From assembly GCA_949358305.1 (NCBI GenBank), contig OX442314.1, positions 10,478,001-10,542,000 of the forward strand: a DNA stretch of 64,000 nt, written 5' to 3'. The position numbers and the translations under genes are program-made. Every line of letters begins with the position of its first letter. Position 1 is the stretch's first letter. Below, piece by piece: positions 13,677 through 25,640 of this stretch. The notes under the pieces were generated by a model. It was not told the origin of the DNA. It did no database searches and saw nothing but the letters and a program-made list of their open reading frames with translations. The DNA comes from Strigamia acuminata (taxonomy: Eukaryota).

Positions 13677-16024
13677 TGTGACGGTACCAAAATACCGTAG
13701 TTTTGGTTAAAGATAAATAAAACTATTTATATTTAATTCAAGGTTTTAAGTTGAATTCTTTAATTTACTTTTATATTATATGAGTCCTAGGCGCTATAAG
13801 TGAGCCACTGGCTCACGGCCATAAGCATTTTCTTACAGTTTATAGTGTGTTATTGCACCAGTCGCCATCTTGGATGAGTCACTATACAGTGAAGCCAAGA
13901 CTGAGCGACTATGTTGTTTACTTCCCCTTGTGTTGTTTCTAAACATTAGAGAGAGTGACCTTACAAAGGCCAAGAGAACTCTTGACCCCTTATGCACTCC
14001 TCCTTGTTTACATTCTAATGAGGTATTTGCTTTGTGAAGCTTTCCCGCTTCATACTAATGAGATAGCTCTCATTTGTCATTGGTCTATTTACCCCATTGG
14101 TTCCATTCCAATGAGGTATTGTTTGGTTTGTCTATATAAGCTTTGTTCAAAGCTTCCTACACAGATTTTGCCCATATATTTTGACTTTACACATTTTGTT
14201 CTTGCCTTTGGCTTTGACTTATGTTGTGCGTCAAGGTTTTGACGCACTATCTCGCTTTAGTTGGTTGCCCTACGAGCAACATCCGAGCCTATTTGGTATT
14301 CGATTACTGGGTTGAGATGTAAAACTTCCTGCAGTTGACAGCTGGGGGAAGTAGGATGGCAATGGAGGTGAAGATGAAGGAGAAAAGATAGGTTTTGTTG
14401 CCTCTACTCCAACTTTGCCGCCCTGGCTTTGTTGGTGGATTTTCCCGCCAAAATTCCACAACCCTTTTGACACTGGATTCAATGACCCTGGACCGCGGAA
14501 TCAAAGTACTGGTAAGCCTTATTTCATTTATTGCTCTCAAATTGGTAATTAGAATTACTTCAGTGGATTCCCATTGAAGTGGTCAATTGTTGCTAAGTTG
14601 AGGGAGATTTATTAGTTCGGCTTAGTCCTTTTGTTGTCCATTGTTAGTCAATCAATCCTTCTACTTGCTATAAGAACTTGCTATTAATTTAATAGTAACT
14701 TCCCTTACCTTTGCTATGGTTCTCAATGGCGTAGCATTACTTTGCATTTATGCTTAGTCCTAAATGCGCTAGTCAGCCTTCTCCTGAAAGTTGTTACGCA
14801 TAGACATTTGAACTCAGAGCAATCTGAGTTACACCTAAATATGTGTAGTTGTCTTTCTCTGTCTCGAGCACTCGCTCACAAACCCCTTGCACTTGTTAGC
14901 CAAGAACCTAGCCATTAAATGATGTATCCAGTCAATGTGAACCTCTGGTTTAGCAGAACTGCTCTACTCTTGGTTAGGCCTATTCAATGACATGTTGCCA
15001 TTCTCATAGCCAACTCTTGGGTCTTTCACCCACCAAACCGCTTAATCAAGAGTTTACACTCTTGTTTTAGATCTTGCTTTAATTGAACAATTAAGTTTTA
15101 GGCAGCATTGGCTTTCTTCAAAGTCAATGCATTATTTGTGACGACATCGTTATTAAAGCCACACCGAACCGAATTGCAATCAAAGCCTCGATTGAGCCGC
15201 CATTTTAAATGTCCCCTTTTAATCCCCTTAAACTACAGTTTCAGCGTAATTAAAAGAGCGCTTCTCTTTCACTCCTGTTCAAGTCCCCCTTTTGCCTTGG
15301 GCCATGAATTCCTCATGCCTCCCAATGCTCTAGTTTTGTCAGCGTATTTACCTTTTGATATGTCTTTGTATTACCCCAATGATTATTGGAGGCCTTGTTT
15401 ATAGCGCTTGTGTATTTGTATATATGTATGTATTTTGGATTATGGTTTAATGATCATTTGGACTCGCTAATAAATTAGCTTTATTATAGTTTACACACTT
15501 GTGTTGGCTCAATATTATTCATAGTTAACTACATTCATCTATCAATTTATATGTCGCATATTTCACGAAGTCAGATATTTATTCTCCATTTATTTATGTT
15601 ATCTCACTGTTTTATACCTGTCTAGCCTCTAGATTATTTGTGGTCACTTGCCAGCGACCCCCTTTACCTCTCAAGTGACTCACGTCACTCAAGAGATTCC
15701 TTTCCCGCCTTACTGTAATTGCCATTGCAGTACAGCCTAACTTTACCCCTTAGTTATTCCTTCATATTATACTAATTATATATCCATGCCTAAGTTTATT
15801 CCGTCACAAGTGGCGTCCGCGACAGGATGTGCATAATTAAGTAGTTAATTTGCATATTCAAATTGATAGATCAATCTGGTGCAATTTTGAAAAATTGCGA
15901 AAATATGATATTTGATTTTTGTTTGAAAATCAAAGAGTCTTAAATGTTTTCATTAATTATAGTGTTTTAAAATCTAAATTTATGGGTTTTGTGTATTAAT
16001 TTGTGTATAAAGTGTATTTTTCAG

Positions 16025-16057
<33 letters not shown>

Positions 16058-19000
16058 TAGGTTGAAGTGTGCCAAGGAACAGATGTTGGTCAGCCAGCCT
16101 AAGGCTACCACTTAACGACCTTTCCCCTTCCTTCTTTGCTGCTCACCCCTCAACCACCTACTGGGTTTACAAGTCAAAGACCCCAGCTTTAACCAATTAT
16201 ACAAACTAAAAATACTCTACAAATTAAACATTTCACTATGAATAAATACTCATTTCCCCATAACTACTTTCAAGGATTCTTTTGATAAAGGATTCTCCTG
16301 ACATTTACTTTCACATTCCTTGCTTTTCATAAAAATAAGTATTAGAATTAAAAATAAAATTATATTTCCTAACAAATCGACATTAAAGTTAATTTCTTCT
16401 CTTATGTTCAATAATTAAATTGGATTAACATCTTGAAACCTTCAACTTCTAAATCTATTGTTGGGACTTAGACCTACCAAAAATGTAGCACCTCTGCACC
16501 AATATTTAACCCCTATTGTTTCAAGATCCTGTGTATTGTCCCAACTGTTCTTTGCCGACTTTCTGTCGCCAGACTGGGCAATTATCGACATTAACATAAT
16601 CTCATGTCTGCCAAATAACTATTCTCTTCGTGCCTTCCAAAAGTTATAAAACCCTAGTTTTTCCTCACTTCCCTTCACTTCTCGAAGTACTCCTTCTGTG
16701 TTCCTTCGTGCGCCAGACGACCACTTCATTGCAAGCTGAATCGCAGATTTTGATCAATCACTACAATTAGATTCGAACACTCCACTGACGGTAGGACAAT
16801 TCAATTTGCCTTTTATTTTACCTTCCTGGAAATTTAATCAATAGTGTTGGTGATATTTGCTGTAAAAGGTCTTTTTCTTGAATTCATCCGAATTTAGGAA
16901 TTCCATTGCGTTAGGGTCAAAAGTAAATTTTTGACCTAATATTCACTTGAGTTTTCTGATAATATCAGAAGTTTTCAAGAAAAGCAAGGTAGAAAAAACC
17001 AGGTTTATTTGTGATTATTTGCATTTACAAGTTTAAGTAATTTGCGATGGCACCCAGACCACCTCTTCCCAACCCCAAGGTCGTTACATCGCCAAGCGCG
17101 TTGAATACTAGTAACATTGAACCCCAGAGTGGAAGTAGCCAAACCCCGCCGATAACGTTGGATCTGACCAATCCTGAAGTTATTGACTTGGCAGCGCTTT
17201 TGAATTTAGGCGCAAAAATGGGATTAGACCCAGCGAATTATGTTGGCATCAACGATTTTATTACCAAGTCGTTACAAGCTTTGGATGATAAGGAAGCACA
17301 GGTTCGAGCCGATGCTCAAGCCGCAATAGACGCTCAGGTGGCCGCCGATGCTCAGGCCGCCATCAATGTCCAAGCCGCTCTCGATGCGCAGGCCGCCGCC
17401 GACGCTCGAGCAGCAGCCGCTACCCAAGCACTAGCCAACGTTCAAGCGCAAGCCCAAGCAACCTTAACCCAACCAAATAATGGAAATAATTTAACTAACG
17501 GATCGCTACCCAGACCCACAACTCCTCCGCCTGTAAATAATCCAATTTTGAATAACCAATCGACCCCGCGTAGACGGTTAAATACTTCCCCTCGCTCGCA
17601 TCAATCGCATACCTCTAACAATTCCCCAATCCCGAGGTGTAGAGCAGGTTAAAGAAATTACGAAGAAATTGCGTAATTAGTGAGAATGCGACGAATTTAT
17701 TATTTTTCTAACTTCTTATTTTATTATCCCGCATTTTACTCCGGTTGTAAATGTTTTTATACTTTCTGTAACTATAATTTTTGTTTTATCAATGTGTATT
17801 TACTTGTTTCACTCGATCTTATAATAATAATATAGTGTTTAACCTTTTTAATTCGAAAGAATTTTCTTAAGTTTAAACGTGTGTTCTTTTAAAATAATTC
17901 TATTTGTATTCCTATTACTCACTTGAATTTGAATTAATTATTAGTAAATTTAATTTGATTGGCGATTCTATTCATTATTACGACTTATTTTGTTTTAACT
18001 TTGCTTTTTGAGTGAAAACTCCAACCTTCTTTATATGTTTGGCCATTGCTAGACCAACTTATGTATCTTAAAATATTTCCTTTATCTTACTACTTTTATA
18101 ACGTTACTAGCATCCATGTACTTCTTTTTATAATAGGTGACTATTCACTACCCTTTTGTAACGGTGTGGAACACACCGGAGAGTTTTTACGGGAGTCTTC
18201 ACTTCCAGAATAATTTTCTCTCTTCACATTTGACTAGTATTCCTTGGTAATTTTAAGTTTCAGTTCCATTAATGCATGCGTAGGACGCACGCACTCTTTT
18301 CCGGAGCACGTGTGACGGTACCAAAATACCGTAGTTTTGGTTAAAGATAAATAAAACTATTTATATTTAATTCAAGGTTTTAAGTTGAATTCTTTAATTT
18401 ACTTTTATATTATATGAGTCCTAGGCGCTATAAGTGAGCCACTGGCTCACGGCCATAAGCATTTTCTTACAGTTTATAGTGTGTTATTGCACCAGTCGCC
18501 ATCTTGGATGAGTCACTATACAGTGAAGCCAAGACTGAGCGACTATGTTGTTTACTTCCCCTTGTGTTGTTTCTAAACATTAGAGAGAGTGACCTTACAA
18601 AGGCCAAGAGAACTCTTGACCCCTTATGCACTCCTCCTTGTTTACATTCTAATGAGGTATTTGCTTTGTGAAGCTTTCCCGCTTCATACTAATGAGATAG
18701 CTCTCATTTGTCATTGGTCTATTTACCCCATTGGTTCCATTCCAATGAGGTATTGTTTGGTTTGTCTATATAAGCTTTGTTCAAAGCTTCCTACACAGAT
18801 TTTGCCCATATATTTTGACTTTACACATTTTGTTCTTGCCTTTGGCTTTGACTTATGTTGTGCGTCAAGGTTTTGACGCACTATCTCGCTTTAGTTGGTT
18901 GCCCTACGAGCAACATCCGAGCCTATTTGGTATTCGATTACTGGGTTGAGATGTAAAACTTCCTGCAGTTGACAGCTGGGGGAAGTAGGATGGCAATGGA

Positions 19001-20442
19001 GGTGAAGATGAAGGAGAAAAGATAGGTTTTGTTGCCTCTACTCCAACTTTGCCGCCCTGGCTTTGTTGGTGGATTTTCCCGCCAAAATTCCACAACCCTT
19101 TTGACACTGGATTCAATGACCCTGGACCGCGGAATCAAAGTACTGGTAAGCCTTATTTCATTTATTGCTCTCAAATTGGTAATTAGAATTACTTCAGTGG
19201 ATTCCCATTGAAGTGGTCAATTGTTGCTAAGTTGAGGGAGATTTATTAGTTCGGCTTAGTCCTTTTGTTGTCCATTGTTAGTCAATCAATCCTTCTACTT
19301 GCTATAAGAACTTGCTATTAATTTAATAGTAACTTCCCTTACCTTTGCTATGGTTCTCAATGGCGTAGCATTACTTTGCATTTATGCTTAGTCCTAAATG
19401 CGCTAGTCAGCCTTCTCCTGAAAGTTGTTACGCATAGACATTTGAACTCAGAGCAATCTGAGTTACACCTAAATATGTGTAGTTGTCTTTCTCTGTCTCG
19501 AGCACTCGCTCACAAACCCCTTGCACTTGTTAGCCAAGAACCTAGCCATTAAATGATGTATCCAGTCAATGTGAACCTCTGGTTTAGCAGAACTGCTCTA
19601 CTCTTGGTTAGGCCTATTCAATGACATGTTGCCATTCTCATAGCCAACTCTTGGGTCTTTCACCCACCAAACCGCTTAATCAAGAGTTTACACTCTTGTT
19701 TTAGATCTTGCTTTAATTGAACAATTAAGTTTTAGGCAGCATTGGCTTTCTTCAAAGTCAATGCATTATTTGTGACGACATCGTTATTAAAGCCACACCG
19801 AACCGAATTGCAATCAAAGCCTCGATTGAGCCGCCATTTTAAATGTCCCCTTTTAATCCCCTTAAACTACAGTTTCAGCGTAATTAAAAGAGCGCTTCTC
19901 TTTCACTCCTGTTCAAGTCCCCCTTTTGCCTTGGGCCATGAATTCCTCATGCCTCCCAATGCTCTAGTTTTGTCAGCGTATTTACCTTTTGATATGTCTT
20001 TGTATTACCCCAATGATTATTGGAGGCCTTGTTTATAGCGCTTGTGTATTTGTATATATGTATGTATTTTGGATTATGGTTTAATGATCATTTGGACTCG
20101 CTAATAAATTAGCTTTATTATAGTTTACACACTTGTGTTGGCTCAATATTATTCATAGTTAACTACATTCATCTATCAATTTATATGTCGCATATTTCAC
20201 GAAGTCAGATATTTATTCTCCATTTATTTATGTTATCTCACTGTTTTATACCTGTCTAGCCTCTAGATTATTTGTGGTCACTTGCCAGCGACCCCCTTTA
20301 CCTCTCAAGTGACTCACGTCACTCAAGAGATTCCTTTCCCGCCTTACTGTAATTGCCATTGCAGTACAGCCTAACTTTACCCCTTAGTTATTCCTTCATA
20401 TTATACTAATTATATATCCATGCCTAAGTTTATTCCGTCACA
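13677..20442 (+). mobile_element. Non-autonomous Gypsy-like LTR element with 2132-bp LTRs (LARD-like)
   Basis: LTRs 13677-15808 and 18311-20442 with termini TGTGACGG...CCGTCACA. 4-bp TSD ACTT; PBS TGGCGTCCGCGACAGGAT at 15811-15828; no pol in the 2.5-kb interior. Confidence 0.93.
17047..17652 (+). CDS. 201-aa ORF of the long-LTR element, possibly a truncated Gag N-terminus
   Basis: Only long ORF in the interior, in sense orientation downstream of the PBS. Contains Ala/Asp/Gln helical hexad repeats and a Pro/Asn-rich tail. Confidence 0.6.
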   Translation: MAPRPPLPNPKVVTSPSALNTSNIEPQSGSSQTPPITLDLTNPEVIDLAALLNLGAKMGLDPANYVGINDFITKSLQALDDKEAQVRADAQAAIDAQVAADAQAAINVQAALDAQAAADARAAAATQALANVQAQAQATLTQPNNGNNLTNGSLPRPTTPPPVNNPILNNQSTPRRRLNTSPRSHQSHTSNNSPIPRCRAG

Positions 20443-20783
20443 ACTTTGATGCACGTTATAATATTTTAACAATATATAAGATCTTACATGCGACACAGTC
20501 TCTTTTCTGTTGTCGCTTTTAAAATAAGTTTCCAAATTTGGATACAACTTCAAAAATTCTTCCACTGTTAAATCCCTGCAATACAAAAAAAATAAAATAA
20601 AAATAAAATATTAAAAATTAATTTATTAATTTTTTAGCAAAAGAAAATCTATTTCTGTTTGTTCGTCTGGTGAAATCCATCCCACTGTTTAAAACAGCAA
20701 AAAAATTAAGCAAACTAAAGAATTAAAAAAGAATGATAACTTAAAAAGTTTAAATCTTGCACTCTATTTTTCCAAGTTTAAAC

Positions 20784-21061
20784 TACCGTATATGTGTAAA
20801 TAACGCACCCGCGCGCTATTTGAAGCCCGCAGTTTATTCCGAATTGGAAAAAAGCATCGGCCAATTTGCGATGAAAATCACCAAAACAGTGTGATAAATG
20901 GAACGTTTTGCATATGTTTCGGTAATTTCTACTGAAACATATGCAAAACGTTCCATTTATCATTCTTTTCGGCCTACAATTGGAACGAGACGAGACGTAA
21001 CAACAATTATGGTACGTTTTTGAAACGTAACAATTGGCCCCGCGCGCTAAACAAGGCCCGC
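20784..21061. mobile_element. Truncated TACCGTA-ended (pogo/Tigger-like) non-autonomous DNA element
   Basis: Starts TA|CCGTA and has the internal repeated motif cccgcgcgcta...gcccgc. Similar ends occur at about 43998 and 49361. Confidence 0.5.
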
Positions 21062-21560
21062 GTACCAGGACACCAGGGGATATCAAGATAACAGGGACTA
21101 CCAAGATACGAGAGGATATCAAGATAACAGGGACTACCAAGATACGAGAGGATATCAAGATAACAGGGACTACCAAGATACGAGAGGATATCAAGATAAC
21201 AGGGGCTACCACGGAAGTAGCGGCTACCAAGACGGGGGGCAGAGAGGGCGAGGTGGTCGGCGAGGACAAGGCGGGGGTGGCGGCGGGGGCAGTGGATACA
21301 GGGGTAATAACTACGTGGATCCAAATGCTGCGGCTTATTATCAAGAACAGGGACAACAATATTATCCCAATGTGGATTACCACTATACTGGTGCTCGATA
21401 AATCGCTGTTTAGGATCTCAGTTAATTTCATTTTGTTTATAAATCGTTTTGATGACTTTTATCTAGGTTTATAAATATTACGATGAGTTTTTTTTTTTGC
21501 ATTTATTTGTAATTTGTAATTTGAAACAAATAATGCTTTTTTGTTTTGTTGTCTCAAAAA
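21062..21560 (+). pseudogene. Duplicated 3' half of the FAM98 last exon plus 3' UTR
   Basis: Near-identical to 11420-11870; the frame stays open to TAA at 21399-21401; the YQD repeat composition differs; no 5' exons. Confidence 0.92.
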
Positions 21561-22190
21561 TGGATGTTTTTGGATGAATTTTTGATAAAATTTAATGTTT
21601 TACAATGATTTTTTTGGTAAATTTTAATGTTTTAAGACGATTTTTTGGTAAATTTTATTGTTTTAAGACGATTTTTTGGTAAATTTGTACGTTTTAAGAC
21701 AATTTTTTGGAAAATTTTAATGTTTTAAGACGATTTTTTGGTAAATTTTAATGTTTTAGGAAGATTTTTTGGTAAATTTTAATGTTTTAGGAAGATTTTT
21801 TGGTAAATTTTAATGTTTTAAGACGATTTTTTGGCAAAATTGTACGTTTTAAGACAATTTTTTGGTAAATTTTAAAGTTTTAAGACGATTTTTTGGTAAA
21901 TTTTATTGTTTTAAGACGATTTTTTGGTAAATTTTAATGTCTTAGGACGATTTTTTGGAAAATTTTAATGTTTTAAGACGATTTTTTGGTAAATTTTAAT
22001 GTTTTAGGACTTTTATTTGCTAAATTTTAATGTTTTAAGACGATTTTTTGGTAAATTTGTACGTTTTAAGACAATTTTTTTGTAAATTTTAAAGTTTTAA
22101 GACGATTTTTTGGTAAATTTTAACGTTTTAAGACGATTTTTTGGTAAATTTACGTTTTAAGACGATTTTTTGGTAAATTTTAATGTCTTA
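21560..22190. repeat. ~30-bp minisatellite, longer copy of 11870-12128
   Basis: About 20 tandem units visible. Confidence 0.9.
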
Positions 22191-22235
22191 GTGTGATTTT
22201 TGAATTTTTTTGTGTATTTGTTTGGATTAATTTTA

Positions 22236-22260
22236 TGACGTCATTCGCTAGATGGCGCCA
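22236..22260. promoter_or_regulatory. CRE palindrome (TGACGTCA) next to a CTCF-like motif (CGCTAGATGGCGCC) upstream of DDX23
   Basis: Motif match by eye only. Confidence 0.4.
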
Positions 22261-22910
22261 CCGACGAAGGAATGGGACAGTTTATAGACAGTGGAAACAT
22301 GGTCGCTTTGATTGGTACGTAAAAAATGTAGGAAATGCGTTTTAGAGGTGAAAAGCGCTGGTTGAGTGTGTTTTTGTATGTCAATGAAGGGCAGGGGTTT
22401 CCATATGTTTTCCTTTCTCCCTTTCGGCTTTTCGAATCCAGGACACGGATGAGAGGGGACCGGAAAAACTTTTACTTTTCCCAACCTATTTGTGTTTGTG
22501 GGTTGACATTATATTGACACGGTGACCTGGAAGAAGATCGAGGTTAGCAAAGTGTCCACCGGGGGCGAATGGGGTCATGGATGTAGTGTGTTGTCTGTTT
22601 GTGTCCTTGACCGTGATATCGTGCACGGACCGAAGAAAATGTTTCCTCATTCGGAGAAATTAAAACCACATACATATACCAATTATTAACTCTAAAATTT
22701 TATTCTATTTTTCAACTAAAGTTTCAAATATCAACAAAACTAATGACAATTCAAACAAGTTGCGACGCCATTAACAACGTAAACCAAACGTGATCGTCGT
22801 CGACCAATCAGCGTCACGCCCGGCACCAGCGAGCGATCCACACGTGTTTTGTCTACACATCGTTGCAGTCAAACGTCAATCGTTCCACCAGAGCCGTGAA
22901 TTTCTGCGCC

Positions 22911-25223
22911 ATGGACGCCGTCGAAGCGAAGAACGGTAAATCGAAAACAAACCGTGTTAAAGACGAACGGGCCGACAAAACCAAATCAAACCCGCGCGAC
23001 AATGACAACAAAAAGGAAGCGACGAGAGGCCGCGAAGGGAAAATGGAAAAACGTCACAGATCGCGCTCTCGCAGCGGCGATCGCAAGCGGAAACGATCGA
23101 GGAGCCGCGACAGGAAGCGCCGGAGCAGCCGAAGCCGATCGAGGAGCAACGAGAGAGACCGGACTCGCGCCCGCGACAACGGCGACAAGAAAAAGGAGGA
23201 ACCGAAGAAAAAGGCCGAACCTTTGTCGCTGGAGGAACTAATCGCGAAAAGGAAAGCAGAGGAAGAGGCCAGGAGCAAACCCGTGTTCCTCACGAAGGAA
23301 CAACGCGCCGCCGAGGCCATCAAGCGCCGTCAGCAGGAAACCGAGGAGAAACGGTCGAAAATCGACGCGGAACGAAACAACCGACTAGTGTTTCTGAACA
23401 AGGACAAACGGACGGACGATCCGCACGACAGGGACCGCCGACGCGTGAAAAACGACGAGATCGGCGAGGAAAAGGAGAAGGAGAAAGACAAGGAGAAGGA
23501 GTCGGAAGCGATCAAGGCGCGCTATTTGGGCGAAGCGAAGAAAAAGAAGCGCGTGCGACGCATGAACGAGCGCAAATTCGTGTTCGATTGGGACGCGGCG
23601 GAGGACACGGGCGTGGACTACAACCCCCTTTACAAGGAGAGACACCACGTGCAGCTGTTCGGACGCGGACACGTGGCGGGAATCGATCTGAACGCGCAGA
23701 AGAAGGACCAGTCGCAGTTTTACGGCGAACTGCTCGAGAAGCGGCGCACGGACACGGAGAAGGAGCAGGAGGTGAACCGGCTGAAGAAAGTGAAGACGAA
23801 GGAGGAGAAGCGCAAGTGGGGCGAGCGCCACTGGTCGGAGAAAGGCGAGCCGGAGATGACGGAGCGCGACTGGCGCATTTTCCGCGAGGATTTCAACATC
23901 GCCATCAAGGGCGGACGCGTGGCGCACCCGATCCGCGCGTGGGACGAGGCGCCCATCCCGCCCGAGATCATGAAGATCATCGAGCAAGTGGGGTACCTCG
24001 AGCCGACCCCCATCCAGCGCCAGGCGATCCCCATCGGCCTGCAGAACCGCGACATCATCGGCGTCGCGGAAACGGGCAGCGGGAAAACGCTCGCTTTTCT
24101 CATTCCGTTGCTCGTGTGGATCCAGTCGCTGCCGAAGATCGTGCGCAACGAGGACGCCGACCAGGGCCCGTACGCGATCATAATGGCGCCGACGCGCGAG
24201 TTGGCGCAGCAGATCGAGGAGGAGACGCTCAAGTTCGGGAACCCGCTCGGGATTCGGACGGTGGCAGTGATCGGAGGGTTGTCGAGGGAAGACCAGGGGT
24301 TCCGGCTGCGGTTGGGCTGCGAGATCGTGATCGCCACGCCCGGGCGGTTGATCGACGTGCTGGAGAATCGGTATCTCGTGCTCAGCCAGTGCACGTACAT
24401 CGTGTTCGACGAGGCCGATCGGATGATTGACATGGGCTTCGAGCCCGACGTGCAGAAGATCCTCGAGCACATGCCGGTGACGAACCAGAAACCCGACACG
24501 GACGACGCGGAGAACGATATGAAAATGATGGCGAATTTTCACAGCAAGAACAAGTATCGGCAGACGGTGATGTTTACGGCTACGATGCCGCCCGCCGTCG
24601 AGCGACTCGCGCGCACTTATCTGCGACGACCGGCCGTCGTGTACGTGGGATCGGCCGGGAAACCGACGGAGCGAGTCGAACAGCTCGTCTATATCGTCGG
24701 CGAGGCGGAGAAGCGGAAGAAGCTTTTGGAGATTTTGCAAGCGGGGATTGACCCTCCGATTATTATTTTCGTGAATCAGAAGAAGGGCGCGGATGTGCTG
24801 GCGAAGGGGCTCGAGAAGATGGGGTACAACGCGTGTACTTTGCACGGCGGGAAAGGACAGGAGCAGCGAGAGTTCGCGCTGGCTAGTCTGAAGGGCGGGA
24901 GCAAGGATATACTGGTGGCGACCGATGTTGCGGGTCGTGGTATCGATATTCGCGACGTGAGCATCGTTATTAATTACGATATGGCGAAGACGATCGAGGA
25001 TTACACGCATCGTATTGGGCGGACGGGGCGAGCGGGCAAGAGCGGGAAGGCGATCAGCTTGTGCACGAAGGATGATAGCGCATTGTTTTACGATTTGAAG
25101 CAGTGTTTGCTCAATAGTCCGGTGTCGTCGTGTCCGCACGAGCTTGCTAATCACCCGGATGCGCAGCATAAACCGGGGACTGTGGTGACTAAGAAGAGAA
25201 AAGAAGAGAAGATCTTCGCTTGA
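22911..25223 (+). CDS. DDX23: U5 snRNP DEAD-box helicase PRP28, intronless
   Basis: RS-rich N-terminus, [59 protein letters not shown] at 22911 in a gccATGg context. Confidence 0.97.
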   Translation: MDAVEAKNGKSKTNRVKDERADKTKSNPRDNDNKKEATRGREGKMEKRHRSRSRSGDRKRKRSRSRDRKRRSSRSRSRSNERDRTRARDNGDKKKEEPKKKAEPLSLEELIAKRKAEEEARSKPVFLTKEQRAAEAIKRRQQETEEKRSKIDAERNNRLVFLNKDKRTDDPHDRDRRRVKNDEIGEEKEKEKDKEKESEAIKARYLGEAKKKKRVRRMNERKFVFDWDAAEDTGVDYNPLYKERHHVQLFGRGHVAGIDLNAQKKDQSQFYGELLEKRRTDTEKEQEVNRLKKVKTKEEKRKWGERHWSEKGEPEMTERDWRIFREDFNIAIKGGRVAHPIRAWDEAPIPPEIMKIIEQVGYLEPTPIQRQAIPIGLQNRDIIGVAETGSGKTLAFLIPLLVWIQSLPKIVRNEDADQGPYAIIMAPTRELAQQIEEETLKFGNPLGIRTVAVIGGLSREDQGFRLRLGCEIVIATPGRLIDVLENRYLVLSQCTYIVFDEADRMIDMGFEPDVQKILEHMPVTNQKPDTDDAENDMKMMANFHSKNKYRQTVMFTATMPPAVERLARTYLRRPAVVYVGSAGKPTERVEQLVYIVGEAEKRKKLLEILQAGIDPPIIIFVNQKKGADVLAKGLEKMGYNACTLHGGKGQEQREFALASLKGGSKDILVATDVAGRGIDIRDVSIVINYDMAKTIEDYTHRIGRTGRAGKSGKAISLCTKDDSALFYDLKQCLLNSPVSSCPHELANHPDAQHKPGTVVTKKRKEEKIFA

Positions 25224-25640
25224 GATTTTTTTGTATTTTTATTTTTGCAAATAAACGAGCGAGGGTTGTAGGAAATGTTGCTTTTTATTTTTTAGTAATG
25301 TCGGTATTTCAAGAATAATTATTAAAATCACTCGGAATAATATTAATAATATTAATTTGTAATTAATTACACAAAACAAATTTTTTCCGCAAGGTTTTGG
25401 AGGTATATAGATTGGACGAAGACGACTTAGGTCATGGAAACTTAAATAAAAATCGAGTTTCTGCTTTTAAAAAAAAAAAAAAAATTGCTAATAGCTGCAG
25501 CCTTCTTCGACAGTTTCTGTGCGACCTTTGAGGTATTTTAAGATTTTTTTCTCTCTTCTTTGCTGCTAACCTGAAATTTGCAGAGTAATAAACAAATTTA
25601 GTAATAACGAATGAAATTCGACCATTTTTATTGTTGTCAG

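Larger units (their letters stand above)
12167..20680 (-). pseudogene. RNF216/TRIAD3-like RBR E3 ligase copy A, disrupted
   Basis: RING1 (CNLC...CPTTHWFCRDC...CLHRDC), IBR (CPLCQFSAIM...FWCLNPKCLRETCR) and a polyQ terminal exon. Interrupted by a 6.8-kb LTR element in exon 2 and a MITE in the RING exon; the exon-1 donor reads AT where paralogs have GT. Confidence 0.7.

Noticed and set aside
13955..15404. Short ORFs inside the long LTRs and the GC-rich 630-bp LTRs
   Set aside because: No protein motifs; they are duplicated only because the LTRs are duplicated.
23385..25169. 594-aa antisense ORF and other overlapping ORFs on DDX23
   Set aside because: Shadow ORFs caused by high GC3 codon bias; no recognisable domains.
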